This document shows, piece after piece, positions 50,354 through 63,209 of a stretch of 64,000 bases of DNA. How positions within the stretch are numbered: position 1 is the stretch's first letter; each line of letters starts with the position of its first letter. The stretch is from Octopus bimaculoides. Taxonomy: Eukaryota. The translations under genes and the position numbers were made by a program. Location: NCBI RefSeq assembly GCF_001194135.2, contig NC_068987.1, positions 44,250,061 to 44,314,060 of the forward strand. The letters are read 5' to 3'. The notes below the pieces were generated by a model. The model did not search any database. It was not told the origin of the DNA and saw only the letters and a program-made list of their open reading frames with translations.

Positions 50354-50788
50354 TGTGTGTGTGAGTGTGCTCGCACGCGCGTGTATGTGCGCGTGTGTGT
50401 GCTCGCACGCGCGTGTGTGTGCGCGTGTGTGTGTTTGTCTGCGTACACATATATTTACAAATAGTTATGGGATGCCAGCGCGTGTGTGTGTTTGAGTATT
50501 ATGGAAGGAATAATTGCATTTGTATCCAAACGAAAACTTGCAGACGATAGAGAATAGTGAATGTGGTTGTTTAATAGTGTATACCCAAGGAGACAAGTGT
50601 AATAGGTTAGTTTGTTAGGAAAGGAGGAAACAAAAAAAGAAGGAAGGAAGGAAGGAAGGAAGGAAGGAAAAAGAAAAAAGAAAGAAAGAGAAAGAAAGTA
50701 AGATAATGACTCATATACACGCACACGCACAAACACACACACACAAACACTCACAAACGAGCGCGCGCACACATTACGCGCGCGTGCG

Positions 50789-50868
50789 TACCTGGTGGCC
50801 GAGTGCTTAAGACAAGGTACTTCTAAGTCATTACACTTGCCACATAAGTTCGAATCTTATCCATGTCG
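50789..50868 (+). pseudogene. Decayed tRNA-Ser(GCU)-like sequence with anticodon position TCT
   Basis: A-box TGGCCGAGTG, intact T-arm ATAAG-TTCGAAT-CTTAT, 5/7 acceptor pairs and a long variable region; the anticodon stem is broken. Confidence 0.55.
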
Positions 50869-50879
50869 GTGATATTCTA

Positions 50880-51028
50880 TAAGCGCATACGTGGCTGTGC
50901 ACTTAAGAAACTTGCTTCCCAGCCATGTGGTCTAGGATTCAGTCTCACAAGTGTTTTCTATTATAGCTCCTGACCGACCAAAGCCTTGTGAGTGGATTTG
51001 ATAGACGGAAACGAAAAGCCCATTGTAT

Positions 51029-51084
<56 letters not shown>

Positions 51085-51310
51085 ATGTATAAAGTGTATA
51101 TCTACGTGTCTGTGTCTTTGTGGTATGTTCGTTTCCCACCTCCGCTTAATAACCAGTAATGGTTTGTTTATGTATCCGTAACTAGCGGTTCGGAAAAGGA
51201 ATCCGACAGAATAAGTACCTGGCTTAAAAAATAAGCACTGGAGGCGATTTGTTCGACTAAACTCTTTAAGGGAGGTCCCAGCATGGCTGCAATCGAATTG
51301 CTGAAACAAA
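50880..51310 (+). mobile_element. Near-complete SINE family A with internal (TA)n(TGTA)n microsatellite
   Basis: Head gtggctgtg..aagaaacttgctt, core gaccaaagccttgtgagtggattt, microsatellite at 51025-51090, tail tagcggttcgg...cccagcatggctgc. Confidence 0.8.
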
Positions 51311-51928
51311 CGATATACGAGGAGTTGCAACGGCTGCGGCAGCGGAAGAGCGCGCGACGGCCGGAGGCGCTGGCGGACGCGGGAGAGGGAGGAAGGAAGA
51401 CGAGAGAGATATTGAGGTTCGTGGAGTCGCAAAGCGTGCAGCACCGTCGGCCTAGCGCACTGTATGCCGACACACTCATGGAATGTGACCAAATGAGGCT
51501 TATTTTTTTAACATAGTCCCCTTTGCAATCCACACACTTCTTTCATTTGTGATGCAGTGCTTGGATGCCATTGAAGAAGTTTTTATCCTGCTGGTCAAAA
51601 AAAGTCATCAACCGCAGATATGACGTCATCATCACTGCCATACTGATTCTCGGCCAAGTGTCTTTTCATGTTGGGGAACACATGATAGTCAGATAGAGTC
51701 AAATCAGGAGAATAGGGAGGGTGATCAAAGCTACAGTCACTCACAGCTGTTATTGAAACCAAGAACCTGTGTGCTGGAGTATTGCTTTGCTAAAACAAAT
51801 GCCTTTTCGTCAGTTTCCCTCGGCGTTTGGTCTTGATAGTCTTTTGTAACCACCTCAGCAAGTTGGCATAATATTCTCCATTGATGGTGTAGCCCTTGTG
51901 AAGATAGTCAATAAACACAATACCTTTT

Positions 51929-54633
51929 TGTTGTAGTGAAAATAGTACTCCCCTTCCCACGTGAAGTGTTATAAAGCAGCCACTATTTACCATATGCCCA
52001 CAAATACGTCAGTCAGTTGTTGTACAAAGTCAGTAGTAGTAAAGTTCTCGGTTGGGGTCAGTGTCAATTACTTGACATATACGAGTTCGAGTTACCGTCA
52101 AGGTTGACGTTCCAAAGTCATTGTCTTGCGGATCTGTCAGTGATAGCACGATAGGCGAGTCAATGATAATAAGATGCGGAATACCGTCACAACATAATAG
52201 TGGCGACAAGAATATTACAGTGCCGACAATAACATACAAGTGGACGAGGATCTCACATTATACCAGTGGCGACGAAGATATAAAAAATTCACGCGGACAA
52301 CGTTGAAAAAATATTGTTTTCACGAGAAAATAAACAATTCACGCGGACGACGTTGAAAACTTTTTCACATGAAGAAATTAAAAAGTCGACAGAGGAGTAA
52401 CAAATATTGTTGTTGTACATATTGTACGAAAATTCCGTAAAATTATGGAAAACTTGTTAAAAGGTCTAATTGACTTGCAAAAACAGCAACAACAACTCAA
52501 AGAATAACAAGAACAAAAAAAATTACAGCAACAACTGCTACAACTAATGAAGCTGGTAACAAAACCGGAAAATACGTTTTCACCAGTCCATGTAGTAAAA
52601 TTCAATAAATGAATTTAAATACGACCCGAAAGAAGGAATCACTTTCGGGGCTTATTACCGTAGATTTGAACAAATTTTCGAAAAAGAATACCAAGACCGG
52701 ACGGATGAAATGAAAACCCATCTAATGCTGAGGAAACTGGCGACTTTATATTGCCTAAAAAAGTTTGACATAAATTTCACGGACACAATTGACATTTTAT
52801 GTAAGATATTAAGTGAAAAACATTGTTGTTCAACAAACGTTGGAAGTGTTTGAACACTGAAAAAAGCGATGACGAAGACTTTATCACATATGCGGGTACA
52901 GTGAACAGAGAGTGCGAGAGATTTAAACTGTATAAACTAATTCCAGACCCCTTCAAGTGCCTGATTTTTGCCCAGGGACTTACTGCTAAAAAGGACGCAG
53001 AAGTCAGAACAAAAATTCTCGCAAAGTAGGAAATGAACCAGGATATAACTCTCCAGAAACTGTCAGAAGAGCGCGATATGGTATTAAAAGTAAGGCACAA
53101 CACAGAAGAAATCCAACGCAGAGATTATTTACAGATAAAACCAGTGTGGAAGAGTCGGAAAATAGATAAAATGTTTCACAAAAAATACGATATACAACAG
53201 GAGATAAACCCATGTATGGCATGCGGTGGTAGGCACCTGAGAAAATAGTGTCCGTTCAAGAGAGCAAAGTGTTTTCATTGTGGGAACACGGGACACATTA
53301 AATCGCACTGCAGAACTAAGACGACGAAAAACTGGACCAAACGAGAAAAAATAGTTTGTCATCAGAGAAAAAAGTTTGTACAGCGTACAGAAAATTCATC
53401 AAGGTGAGAATCGAAACCACTAGTGTCAAAATGAAGAAACATGGCGACAAATCTGTAAGCCGAAATTATTTAAATCAAATAAAGTAGCATATGGTGTTAC
53501 AGGAAAGAAATTATAATGTATTTACAACGTAACTTTTCGAGGTGAAACGAAAAGGACAATCATTTATGTGTTTAAAAAAAATCACTAAACATATTTGACA
53601 CAGAATGCATGGAGTTATTTAAAATATGGGATACCTCCATTAATGTTCTCTGTGAAAATGTAGTCGGCACGGGTAAAAGTTCAAATAAAGTCGAACAACT
53701 GAGACAAAAAATTTTTTAATTGTTTCCAAATGTTTTTTTGTTTTTTTTTTTTTGAAAGGATTAAGCTGTTGCACTAAAACAAAAGCGAGGATCGCGGAAA
53801 AAGAAAAGGCAACACCTATTTTTAGGCCCAAATGGAACGTACCGTTTGTGGCGTTGGACCAGGTCAATAAAGCGCTAAAAGATATAGATATAATTAGAAA
53901 AGTCGACCATTCAGATTGGGCAGCTCCGGCAGTTTATATAAAGAAAAATTATTAAGCTGAAAAAAAAACGCTAAAGAAGAAGGAGGGATGAATAAAGGAA
54001 AATAAAATTACTTGTTTCCCAAAGAAAATAAACAGTAAATAAAAGGAGAGATGTAGTGAAAATAGTACTCCCATTCCCAGGTGACGCTAACGATTCTGAC
54101 ATTTTGCCGCCATGGCACAAAGTGAATGAATGCCCAAACAGAATACGAAGGAGGACAGGATGATGTTGCTAGAATGATTCATTGGGAGATGTGTGGCAAG
54201 TATGGATTGAATATAGCAAAATCTTGGTATGAGCCAGCCTCAGAGAGAGTAGTTCAGAAAGATCATCTTGGATCATAATTGTTGTAGTGAAAATGGTACT
54301 CCCCTTCCCACGTGACAAAGTGGTATGAAACAGTCACTATAAAGTCAGACAGTCAGTCGTTGTAGAAAGTCAGTCGTTGTAGAAAGTCAGTAGTAGTAGA
54401 GTCGTTGCATGAGTTCTTAATTGGAGTCAATGTCAGTTACGTGATATATACGAGTTAGAGTTACCGTCAAGGTAGACGTCCCAAAGTCATTGTTTTGTGA
54501 AGCTATCAGCGATAGCACGATAGACTAGTCAAAGATAATAAGACGCGGAATACCACCTCAACATAATAGTGACGGCAAGAATATTACAGTACCGACAATA
54601 GCATACAAGTGGACGAGGATCCACATTACAACA
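51929..54633 (+). mobile_element. Internally deleted Gypsy element with two LTRs (51929-52265, 54280-54633), PBS at 52267-52277, gag and RT start
   Basis: LTR termini are TGTTGTAGTG...CATTACAACA and the PBS is TGGCGACGAAG. Gag motifs include GAYYRRFEQ and CFHCGNTGHIKSHC; TPIFRPKWNVPF is shared with the 43210-47173 element. Confidence 0.9.
54084..54279 (+). mobile_element. Filler: 27-bp SINE-B head (minus) plus an R4 knuckle/RLE-linker fragment (plus)
   Basis: gctaacgattctgac..gccgcc, then RRQDDVARMIHWEMCGKYGL..KSWYE. Confidence 0.6.
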
Positions 54634-55379
54634 GTTTTGCATCGCAAAAAACTGAGGCCATCACTTTCCCTGCAGATGAAATGAGCCTGGCCCTCTTTGG
54701 AGCAGGTTAGAAGGGGTGTTTCTACTACATGGATTACCTCTTTCTCTCTAGCTCAAAGTGATCAATCCAACATTCATCTTGTCTTAGGAAACGTTCAAAG
54801 AAACCAGCTGGATTTGCCTGAAATAGTGACAGATTCTCCTGTCATGTGATCAGGCTGGTGCGTTTTTGATCAGGTATCAGAATATGTGGAACCCACTGAA
54901 CAGAAACCTTTGTCATGCAAACTTCGTCGTATAGAATATTCTCAGCTTTTTCACAGGATATGCCAATAGCATTGGCTATTTGATTTATAGTCAAACACCT
55001 GTCATCCATCACCATGTGATGAACATGATTAATGTTTCCCTCGGTGGTGGAAAGTTACAGGACGTCCAGACCGCTTCAAGACCCTCCCTTCCCCTCCTGA
55101 ATTCAGCCGCTCACTTTTGCTCTGTTGATAAAGTTGGAGCGTCATCCTTTAATGTAGCAACCATGTCAGTATGAATGTCCTTGGGGACTAAACCCTTTTT
55201 CCCGTAGGTACTCGAGAATACTACGATGCCAAATTTTGTCGCTTTTCAAAAGAAGTCACTACTAGTTACTTTTGAAGTCTTCTTCTTTGAACAGTCAGTT
55301 TACCTCGAACGAAACAATGCAGAAGGGTTTAAATTAATGCATGCAAGATTTCACAGCTCTGGCATCAGTCCTTTTTTTT

Positions 55380-56050
55380 TTTTTTTGAGAAAGTGGTCCA
55401 GTTGACGAAATGTTAATGGACAATGACACTACATTGTCAACCAAAATCATCAAGAGTGTTGAAGAAAATGTTGTATAACTGCTTAAAGACCGAATGTAAA
55501 TTGTAATGTAGAAAGGTCATCACAAAACAATTAAAGCCAGAGATGAGAGTAATGGGTGTCTCGCCATTCAAGGTAGTTTTCTGGTTTAAAATGTCGTCCA
55601 AATCAGAACAGATAGACTGAGTCAGTACTGCAAAGAAGTATATTTAAGTATAAGCAGTGGCATCCACAAACTATGTCGGCATCTGCGAAAGAAATGGATG
55701 TTCCTCGAACATTCTGTCTGTAGAAGGAGTTCCCCATCACATCCTACATGTACTATAGATGGGTAAGCTAGTTTATCTAATGAAGTAAACAATGAAAGAC
55801 AAATGTAGGGAGTTCAGATCGAAGGTGACCATCTTTTTGGTTACATAACAATATAGGGAAGTGTCAGTGCAAATAAAACTCAGTTCTATTGCTATTGTTA
55901 TTAGTCGGAAGTTATCTTTAAGATCAGGGAGCATGTGATGTAAAATAGACTACGATCAATTAGAGAGAGAACAAAAGGATCGGGTGAACGGCTGAAGGAG
56001 CGAAACGATGCGTTTATTATCTGTCATCTCAGCACAAGGTTACAACAGTT
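55380..56050 (+). mobile_element. Decayed Gypsy integrase related to the one at 32519-32881
   Basis: Translated motifs GPVDEMLMDN, VERSSQ/HHKTIKA-like and GVSPFKVVFW. Confidence 0.65.
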
Positions 56051-58499
56051 TGGGAGGCCCTGTGCAAGAGTTTTCCTAAGCCAAGGCTTATAGATTTCCT
56101 GTTTATGTGCATATACGTGTGTCAGTGAAAGTGCTTATGCAAAAGCAGTCGACAAGCAGTGTCAAATGTATAAAAGATTTTTACAACAGAAGAGAAACAG
56201 GTGGCGAAGTTTTTGTTTACCTCAGCCATGATACATCAAACGGTATAAAATATAACAAGTGCTGAAAATATAAATTCATTTAATGTAGCTAGAACGTGCT
56301 ATGTAATTGGCTTTCTATCGCATATAACCGTTGGTTTTTTTGATTTACGAGGACAAGAATAACCACATCAAAAGATTCCATACTTTTAACATACATATCT
56401 AAAAATGTTTATATTTCTGTAGATAAATATAAACTTTTGTTTCATTTATTCAGTAAAATGTATAACTTATCGTTGTAATCTAAATAATTTCGGTTTAAAA
56501 TTTCATATATATATGTGTGTGTGTANNNNNNNNNNNNNNNNNNNNNNNNNNNNNNNNNNNNNNNNNNNNNNNNNNNNNNNNNNNNNNNNNNNNNNNNNNN
56601 NNNNNNNNNNNNNNNNNNNNNNNNNNNNNNNNNNNNNNNNNNNNNNNNNNNNNNNNNNNNNNNNNNNNNNNNNNNNNNNNNNNNNNNNNNNNNNNNNNNN
56701 NNNNNNNNNNNNNNNNNNNNNNNNNNNNNNNNNNNNNNNNNNNNNNNNNNNNNNNNNNNNNNNNNNNNNNNNNNNNNNNNNNNNNNNNNNNNNNNNNNNN
56801 NNNNNNNNNNNNNNNNNNNNNNNNNNNNNNNNNNNNNNNNNNNNNNNNNNNNNNNNNNNNNNNNNNNNNNNNNNNNNNNNNNNNNNNNNNNNNNNNNNNN
56901 NNNNNNNNNNNNNNNNNNNNNNNNNNNNNNNNNNNNNNNNNNNNNNNNNNNNNNNNNNNNNNNNNNNNNNNNNNNNNNNNNNNNNNNNNNNNNNNNNNNN
57001 NNNNNNNNNNNNNNNNNNNNNNNNNNNNNNNNNNNNNNNNNNNNNNNNNNNNNNNNNNNNNNNNNNNNNNNNNNNNNNNNNNNNNNNNNNNNNNNNNNNN
57101 NNNNNNNNNNNNNNNNNNNNNNNNNNNNNNNNNNNNNNNNNNNNNNNNNNNNNNNNNNNNNNNNNNNNNNNNNNNNNNNNNNNNNNNNNNNNNNNNNNNN
57201 NNNNNNNNNNNNNNNNNNNNNNNNTATATGTGCATATACATGTATATATGTGTGTAAATATGTGCTCTCATTTATATAGTTATACATATATGTATATACG
57301 TATCGCTCTCACTGTGGATATAAGTGTGGGGGCGGGAGTGTCGTGATAAAACCTGTAAACACACTACTCATCAATAGTTGTGTATCTATATTTCACTTCG
57401 TTTTCTTTATCCAAAACAGTTGACATTTTATGTCCCTCAAAATATTTTTTACTACACCAATATATAACCTTCTCAACTGGGATATATTTCTCAGATGAAT
57501 GCTTTGTTTTTAGTTTACAACTGATTTTACTGTTGTTCTATCACCATAGTGGTAAGCACGCGAGCTGAGGATGTTTTTATTTGTTTATTTTGCTTCCTTT
57601 TGTTGTTGTTAACATCAGAACATATGTATGTCCGCGCGTGTGTATTGGTTGACTTTAGTTGTTTTTGAACTTCTTTATCTTCATTTCAGTGTTAATATGC
57701 TGGTAGGTTTTCGTCACGCAGGCGTTGTTACTCCACTCGTTCCTCCTACTGTGTCATTGGTAGTCTGCCGCCTGAATATAATTTCTGCAATCTTAAAACA
57801 GATTACAGAAGCTATACAAGCACATGAAGCAGACTACGCCCACATGCTTGATCTGAAGAACGAGTAGGGTAACAAAGTCCCTTACTAATGGCAATTATAC
57901 TCAAAATAAGTAACATAATTTACTAGCGATTTAAACCTTGTCTATATTTTTTGATAAAAGTTGTTACTTAGTACTTTCTTTGTTGTTCTATTGTATTTTC
58001 CACACTTGTATAGTGGAAATCACTCGGAATTCGACCGCCGATGTCCTGCACATCCTTCTAAATATACTGATTACGTATTTGTTGTCGGTGAACTGTAATC
58101 CGTTTTTCCCAAATAACATACATGCTTGGCCGAGTTACCCCTCATCCACTGCAGGAAATGATATGAATTAATATTTCAAGTGAGCTCGTAAGATAGTTTT
58201 TATTTTAAAATTCGCTACCTTTCTCTTTGTTTTTCTCCCTCCCTCCCTTCCCCTCTCTTGTCCCTCTCCCTCTTCCATTGTCATTTAGTAGTACTGGATA
58301 CCATCTTTCGATCAAAATAACTTTCAGCTATTTTGTTTGGGGTTTTCCGATTTGATACGTTGGTCCATATTCTTTAAGCTAGATTGAGCGGAATATTGAA
58401 TCTCATGTGTGCTATATATGATCATATTGTACGATTTATATTTTCATCTCGCGTAGCGACGCCCTATCATGTTAAAATTCTTTCTGAGCTACTGCTTCA

Positions 58500-58830
58500 T
58501 ATTTAAACCATGATCTACAAGACTTCCAGCCTCTTCAATCTGGTACCATTTGTCCTTACATTCGGTTGTTTGTCTTTTCTCTGATGATTTTTGTGAAAAG
58601 TTTGTTATGGGCTCTGTGATGACCGACTATACAAACTTATTTGTAGGTTATATTAAAGCTACTCCAGAACTGTATGACTGATATGTTGATAACTGCATTA
58701 GTGTCACTTCCCTCAACAGATATCAATCAAACTTTCACCTCGTTCTCCAACATTTTTCACCGTGCACTGGAATTCAGTTTCAGTGTATTCCATCCTTTCT
58801 AGATATCTCAAAGGACATTCCTGACCACTA
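58500..58830 (+). mobile_element. PLE (Penelope/Poseidon-like) RT core relic
   Basis: Remnants VMGS, YTNLFVGY, YVDNC and FLDI. Confidence 0.55.
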
Positions 58831-58879
58831 CGCCTATTCTTTTCTCTAGGAAGAAAGAGTTGTGTATAGTAGTTGGTGC

Positions 58880-60030
58880 AGTACCTGTGAATGGAGACAA
58901 TGTAATTGGCGAGGGGGAGAAAGACGAATGGTTTGTAATTCATTGAGGAGAAATTGTATGAAACTAACCAACTTTGAAAAAAACAGAGGTTGCAGCAGAG
59001 GAAAAGCAGAAAAAGCAGCGAGAGGACGCAGTATGTCTCTTGGCCAATGACTGAAGTGTCTGAGCGAGCGACTTCATGTTAATCAGTCGAGTGGTTTCTC
59101 TTTAGATGCAGTCTAGGATTCATGTCTGTGCTTAGCAACAGAACAGTTCAAGATGTAGGAGCAGTGCACTATTATGAGTCTCACTGAAACTTTCTACGGT
59201 ATCAGTAGTTGTTATTGAGAGGAAGGTGAAGTATCATATGACTTGCTTTTTGTATGCAAGTCAACGGAGCTCACTCTGAAATTTGTTCGGATGTTCGGCA
59301 AAGATTATCCTCGGTGATGGGGATGCCTAACATCCGAGAGTGCAGTGGAGTGTCATGATGTTTTTTTTATATATATATATGTGCCGTGACTGTGCCGTTT
59401 CGTTTGTAAAGATAACTAAGTTATCACAGCACTAAGCGTGGATGTTCTTGAGAATTCTGTTCGCAGAATTAGTAGAGATTTGGTGTAAGAACTCAAGATT
59501 AACATCACGTGATTTAAAGCTTGGTTGTAAATGCTTAAGGAAGAATGAAGGGTGGTATTATCTACTTAATAAGGGACGTTGTTGATGACAGTGAGCAGGA
59601 GCATGAGGGTGGGATATAAATCCGAACCTCAGACGCCGTATTAATGAGATTTGACGGGAAGCACCCTATCTGAAAGACGAGAGTGGTATGAAGTCAATTG
59701 GCAGGCAATTTGTACAGAATACTCGCATTCGCAAGGCAATGGGAAGGTTTGTGGATGCTGAAAGCAACAAAGCATCTTTAACCAGATTTATCGTGCAAAT
59801 GAGTGGCGAGTGACGTAGGAGAGCAGGTCTCCGGTAGACCTGGTTTTGCGAAAGCTGTATTGATGGTCATGAGTGGGAAGTGATGGATTCAAGATGTGGG
59901 GAAAATTTGTTGTTAATGGCTGGCTACATCACTACTAAGATTGAGGAAATGATTGTTATAGGGAGATAGTTGGCAGAGTCAGACGAGTGGCTCTCCTGCA
60001 GAATGTAGCACACTGTAAGATATTTCCAAA
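58880..60030 (-). mobile_element. CR1/Jockey-group LINE RT relic
   Basis: SDSANYLPI...HLES...DHQYSFRKTRSTGDLLSYVT, with later remnants compatible with LGI.I..NL and SL..RR. Confidence 0.7.
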
Positions 60031-60807
60031 AACTCGAAGTCAACCAATAAAGAGGGTATAGAGAGGGTGAATGTTTGTTAGCGATAGGAGCTAGAGGCTA
60101 GCTCAAAAGTGCATTATTTGAAGCAATAGAAGAAAACTTGTCAGAGACGGTAGCTGTGTTCGTTTCAAGCGATCGGACAAGTTTTCACAGTTGATGTGTG
60201 AATGTGTATATGTGTATGTACACATGCGTGTGTGTATGTGTGTACGTGTGTGTGTGTGTGTGTGTGTATGTGTGTGTGTGTGTGTGCATGCGTGTGTGTA
60301 TATGTTTGAGTGTGTGCGTGTGTGTATGGATGTGTGGGTGTGTGTATCGGTATGCATGCACCAATATACACGCATATCCAGGTATGAATCTATGGCAGCG
60401 TCTATAAATGTATTTGCATATGTATGTATAAATCTATATACCTATGTGCCTATATCTATGTATTAGTTTGTCTATGCATAGGAGATGTATATATACTTGT
60501 GTAAATTAGTGTAAAAGTATATATTACGTCTGAATTAATGGATATATTGAGCAGGTAAGGTTAGCATTTACAACTGAACTGAGCGCATGTGTGTTTGTGG
60601 GTAGGTGGATGTGTGGGTGCGTTCGTGCGCGTGTGTGTGTCTGTGTGCGTGTGTGTGTGTGTGTATCTGTGTATGTGTGTGTGTGTAGATGCTTATACTA
60701 TGTGCTAACAAATTCATAAACATTGTGCAAGGTAAGGCAGTGTTTCAATTCTTTCTGGTAAAATACATATACATCTGTGAATATATGTGTAAACATGCAT
60801 ACGCATG

Positions 60808-60869
<62 letters not shown>

Positions 60870-60952
60870 GATAGATATGTGTGTGTGTGTCTATGTATGT
60901 TCATATATATACACATATATATATATATATATACACACACATATATATACAT

Positions 60953-61029
<77 letters not shown>

Positions 61030-61444
61030 NNNNNNNNNNNNNNNNNNNNNNNNNNNNNNNNNNNNNNNNNNNNNNNNNNNNNNNNNNNNNNNNNNNNNNN
61101 NNNNNNNNNNNNNNNNNNNNNNNNNNNNNNNNNNNNNNNNNNNNNNNNNNNNNNNNNNNNNNNNNNNNNNNNNNNNNNNNNNNNNNNNNNNNNNNNNNNN
61201 NNNNNNNNNNNNNNNNNNNNNNNNNNNNNNNNNNNNNNNNNNNNNNNNNNNNNNNNNNNNNNNNNNNNNNNNNNNNNNNNNNNNNNNNNNNNNNNNNNNN
61301 NNNNNNNNNNNNNNNNNNNNNNNNNNNNNNNNNNATATATACGCACACATTGTTTTGTGCTGCTTTTTTCTCTTCTATTATATAACAAGCTAAAATAGCA
61401 CATTCTTAAAGAATCTCTGAATAAGTGGGTATATAATAAATATA

Positions 61445-62930
61445 TGTGGCATCTGTTGCGGTCCCTGCATGAACATTCTGCCTCTTCCTGTGGCTTAGCG
61501 GCGCTAACTAAGATGCTCTTAATATTTGGGGCACAGCTAAACGAGACACTAACGTTGTGCCTGTTGAAAATGGTCCTGTACCTATGGGAGTTAGTGAAAT
61601 ACTAATCTTTTAATTTAAGGAAAATTCTAGCCACAGGCGTTTTTGTGTTTAGAGAGAAGGGGTAGCAAACCAAATGGTATTTCTGCTGTGCTTCTTTCTG
61701 TAGTTGTTGGGTTCTGGCATGTAGATGTGGTCTCTAAATCCGCTGGCAGATAGGCCCTCGTTATAGTACAGGGCCGCTGCGTCGAAAATCTCTTGGTTGG
61801 AAGAAAGGTTCGTGATCCTCTTACTAACACCCTTTACCAGGTTTTTGAACACGATGGGTGAGTGGCAAGAGTCTGTGTTGATGTATGCTAGCCTCTCGTT
61901 TGGTTTTGCGGTAGGGCCTGTACGTACACGAGACCAAGTCCAGCGAGACGTCTGTTGAAGTCCGCTGTTGTGAAGTTGGTTTCTATGATGATTTTCGATC
62001 CCATGGAGGCAAGTGTGCTAATTACATCTTTGCTAAGCCTGTCTAGTGTATGCCCGCTTGCTCCCCTGAGCTGGCCAGGGCGTCATCTCTGTAGAGGCTA
62101 AAGAGGACAGAGGGGAACTTTTTCCTAAGGGTATCAAAGATATACAACCCATGTCGAACTTTTGTAGAACAGCACTGGCTTTCTGGCATGCATAATGACT
62201 TTTATATATTTGTCGCTAATGTTAGTGAAGCCCCTAGCGAAAGAAAGCACCTTGGCCAATAGTCCTTTTGATATAGACGGGTAAAAGGCGACTATATCAA
62301 ACTGGGTGAACCTTGCTCTGCCTCTTCCCTTGTTGGTGTTAAACCATGCGGTCACTTCGTTGGTGTTGCGCCACAAGGAAAGATTGGTGGCCTTCCTTAT
62401 GTCATTATTGATATCTCTCAATATGTGCTTGCTCGCCAGAGCGATCTTGGATTTGGCGGGATTGATTAGGCGGCATTTAGGATTTGAGGCAAAGTTCGGT
62501 TTATGATCTTTTATGGTAATGAAGGCGTTTCTTTTAGCTACGATCTCTACCCTATCTGCTATCTCTATTTCTTTAGCTTTTTTTTTTTTGGCTTCACTGT
62601 TGATGTCATTATATGTGTGTGGGAAAGGGAGCCTATAATTTTGTTTGATATTGTTTTCTAGTAGTCGATCGTAATCTAGGGTGTTTATCCAATATAAGGT
62701 TTTCGTCTTCTCAGAGAAGATTAGGGATCTATCTGAGTTTTTTAGCAATCTAATGTCGACCCGGAGCTTATGTTGGAAGGAGGAAGAGGACTTACGGAAT
62801 TTCAGCTTGGAAATGATGCCCAGTAGCTCCGCCTCGAAGGGTTCAAGGTCCTTGATTTTGGGTGGGTGTTTCTTCGATCTGATTCCATAGTTGTTGCCCT
62901 CCGGGGATGGTGCATTTAGGTCGTGGTAGA
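61445..62930 (-). mobile_element. Penelope-like element (Naiad-like) RT-thumb-linker, GIY-YIG lost
   Basis: Translated motifs AFITIKDHKPNFASNPKCRLINP, FTQFDIVAFYPSI, LYRDDAL, RNTIWFATP, IFNRHNVSVSFSC and CSCRDRNRC. Confidence 0.9.
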
Positions 62931-62934
62931 ATGT

Positions 62935-63045
62935 TACGACGGGCTTCTTTCGGTTTCTGTCTACCAAATCCACTCATAAGGCTTTGGTCGGCTCGAGGCC
63001 ATAGTAAAAGATATTTGCTCAAGGTGCCATCAGTGGAACTGAATA
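62935..63045 (-). mobile_element. SINE family A 5' fragment
   Basis: tacgacgggcttctttcggtttctgtctaccaaatccactcataaggctttggtcggc. Confidence 0.75.
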
Positions 63046-63146
63046 TATATATGCATATGTTAATATACATAATCACATATACATACTCATATATATGCAT
63101 ATACACACAAATATACATGTATATACTTACACGTATATGGATACAT

Positions 63147-63209
<63 letters not shown>

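Larger units (their letters stand above)
51475..55320 (-). mobile_element. Mariner element split by a Gypsy insertion (parts at 54634-55320 and 51475-51928)
   Basis: N-part SVQWVPHIL...SSAGKVMASVFCDAK joins C-part KGIVFIDYLHKGYTINGEYYANLLR, ending CKGDYV. Confidence 0.85.

Noticed and set aside
51310-51470. GC-rich stretch as a CpG-island promoter or host exon
   Set aside because: It is only about 160 bp, wedged between a SINE and a mariner, and more likely a TE (gag-like) fragment; it could not be assigned.
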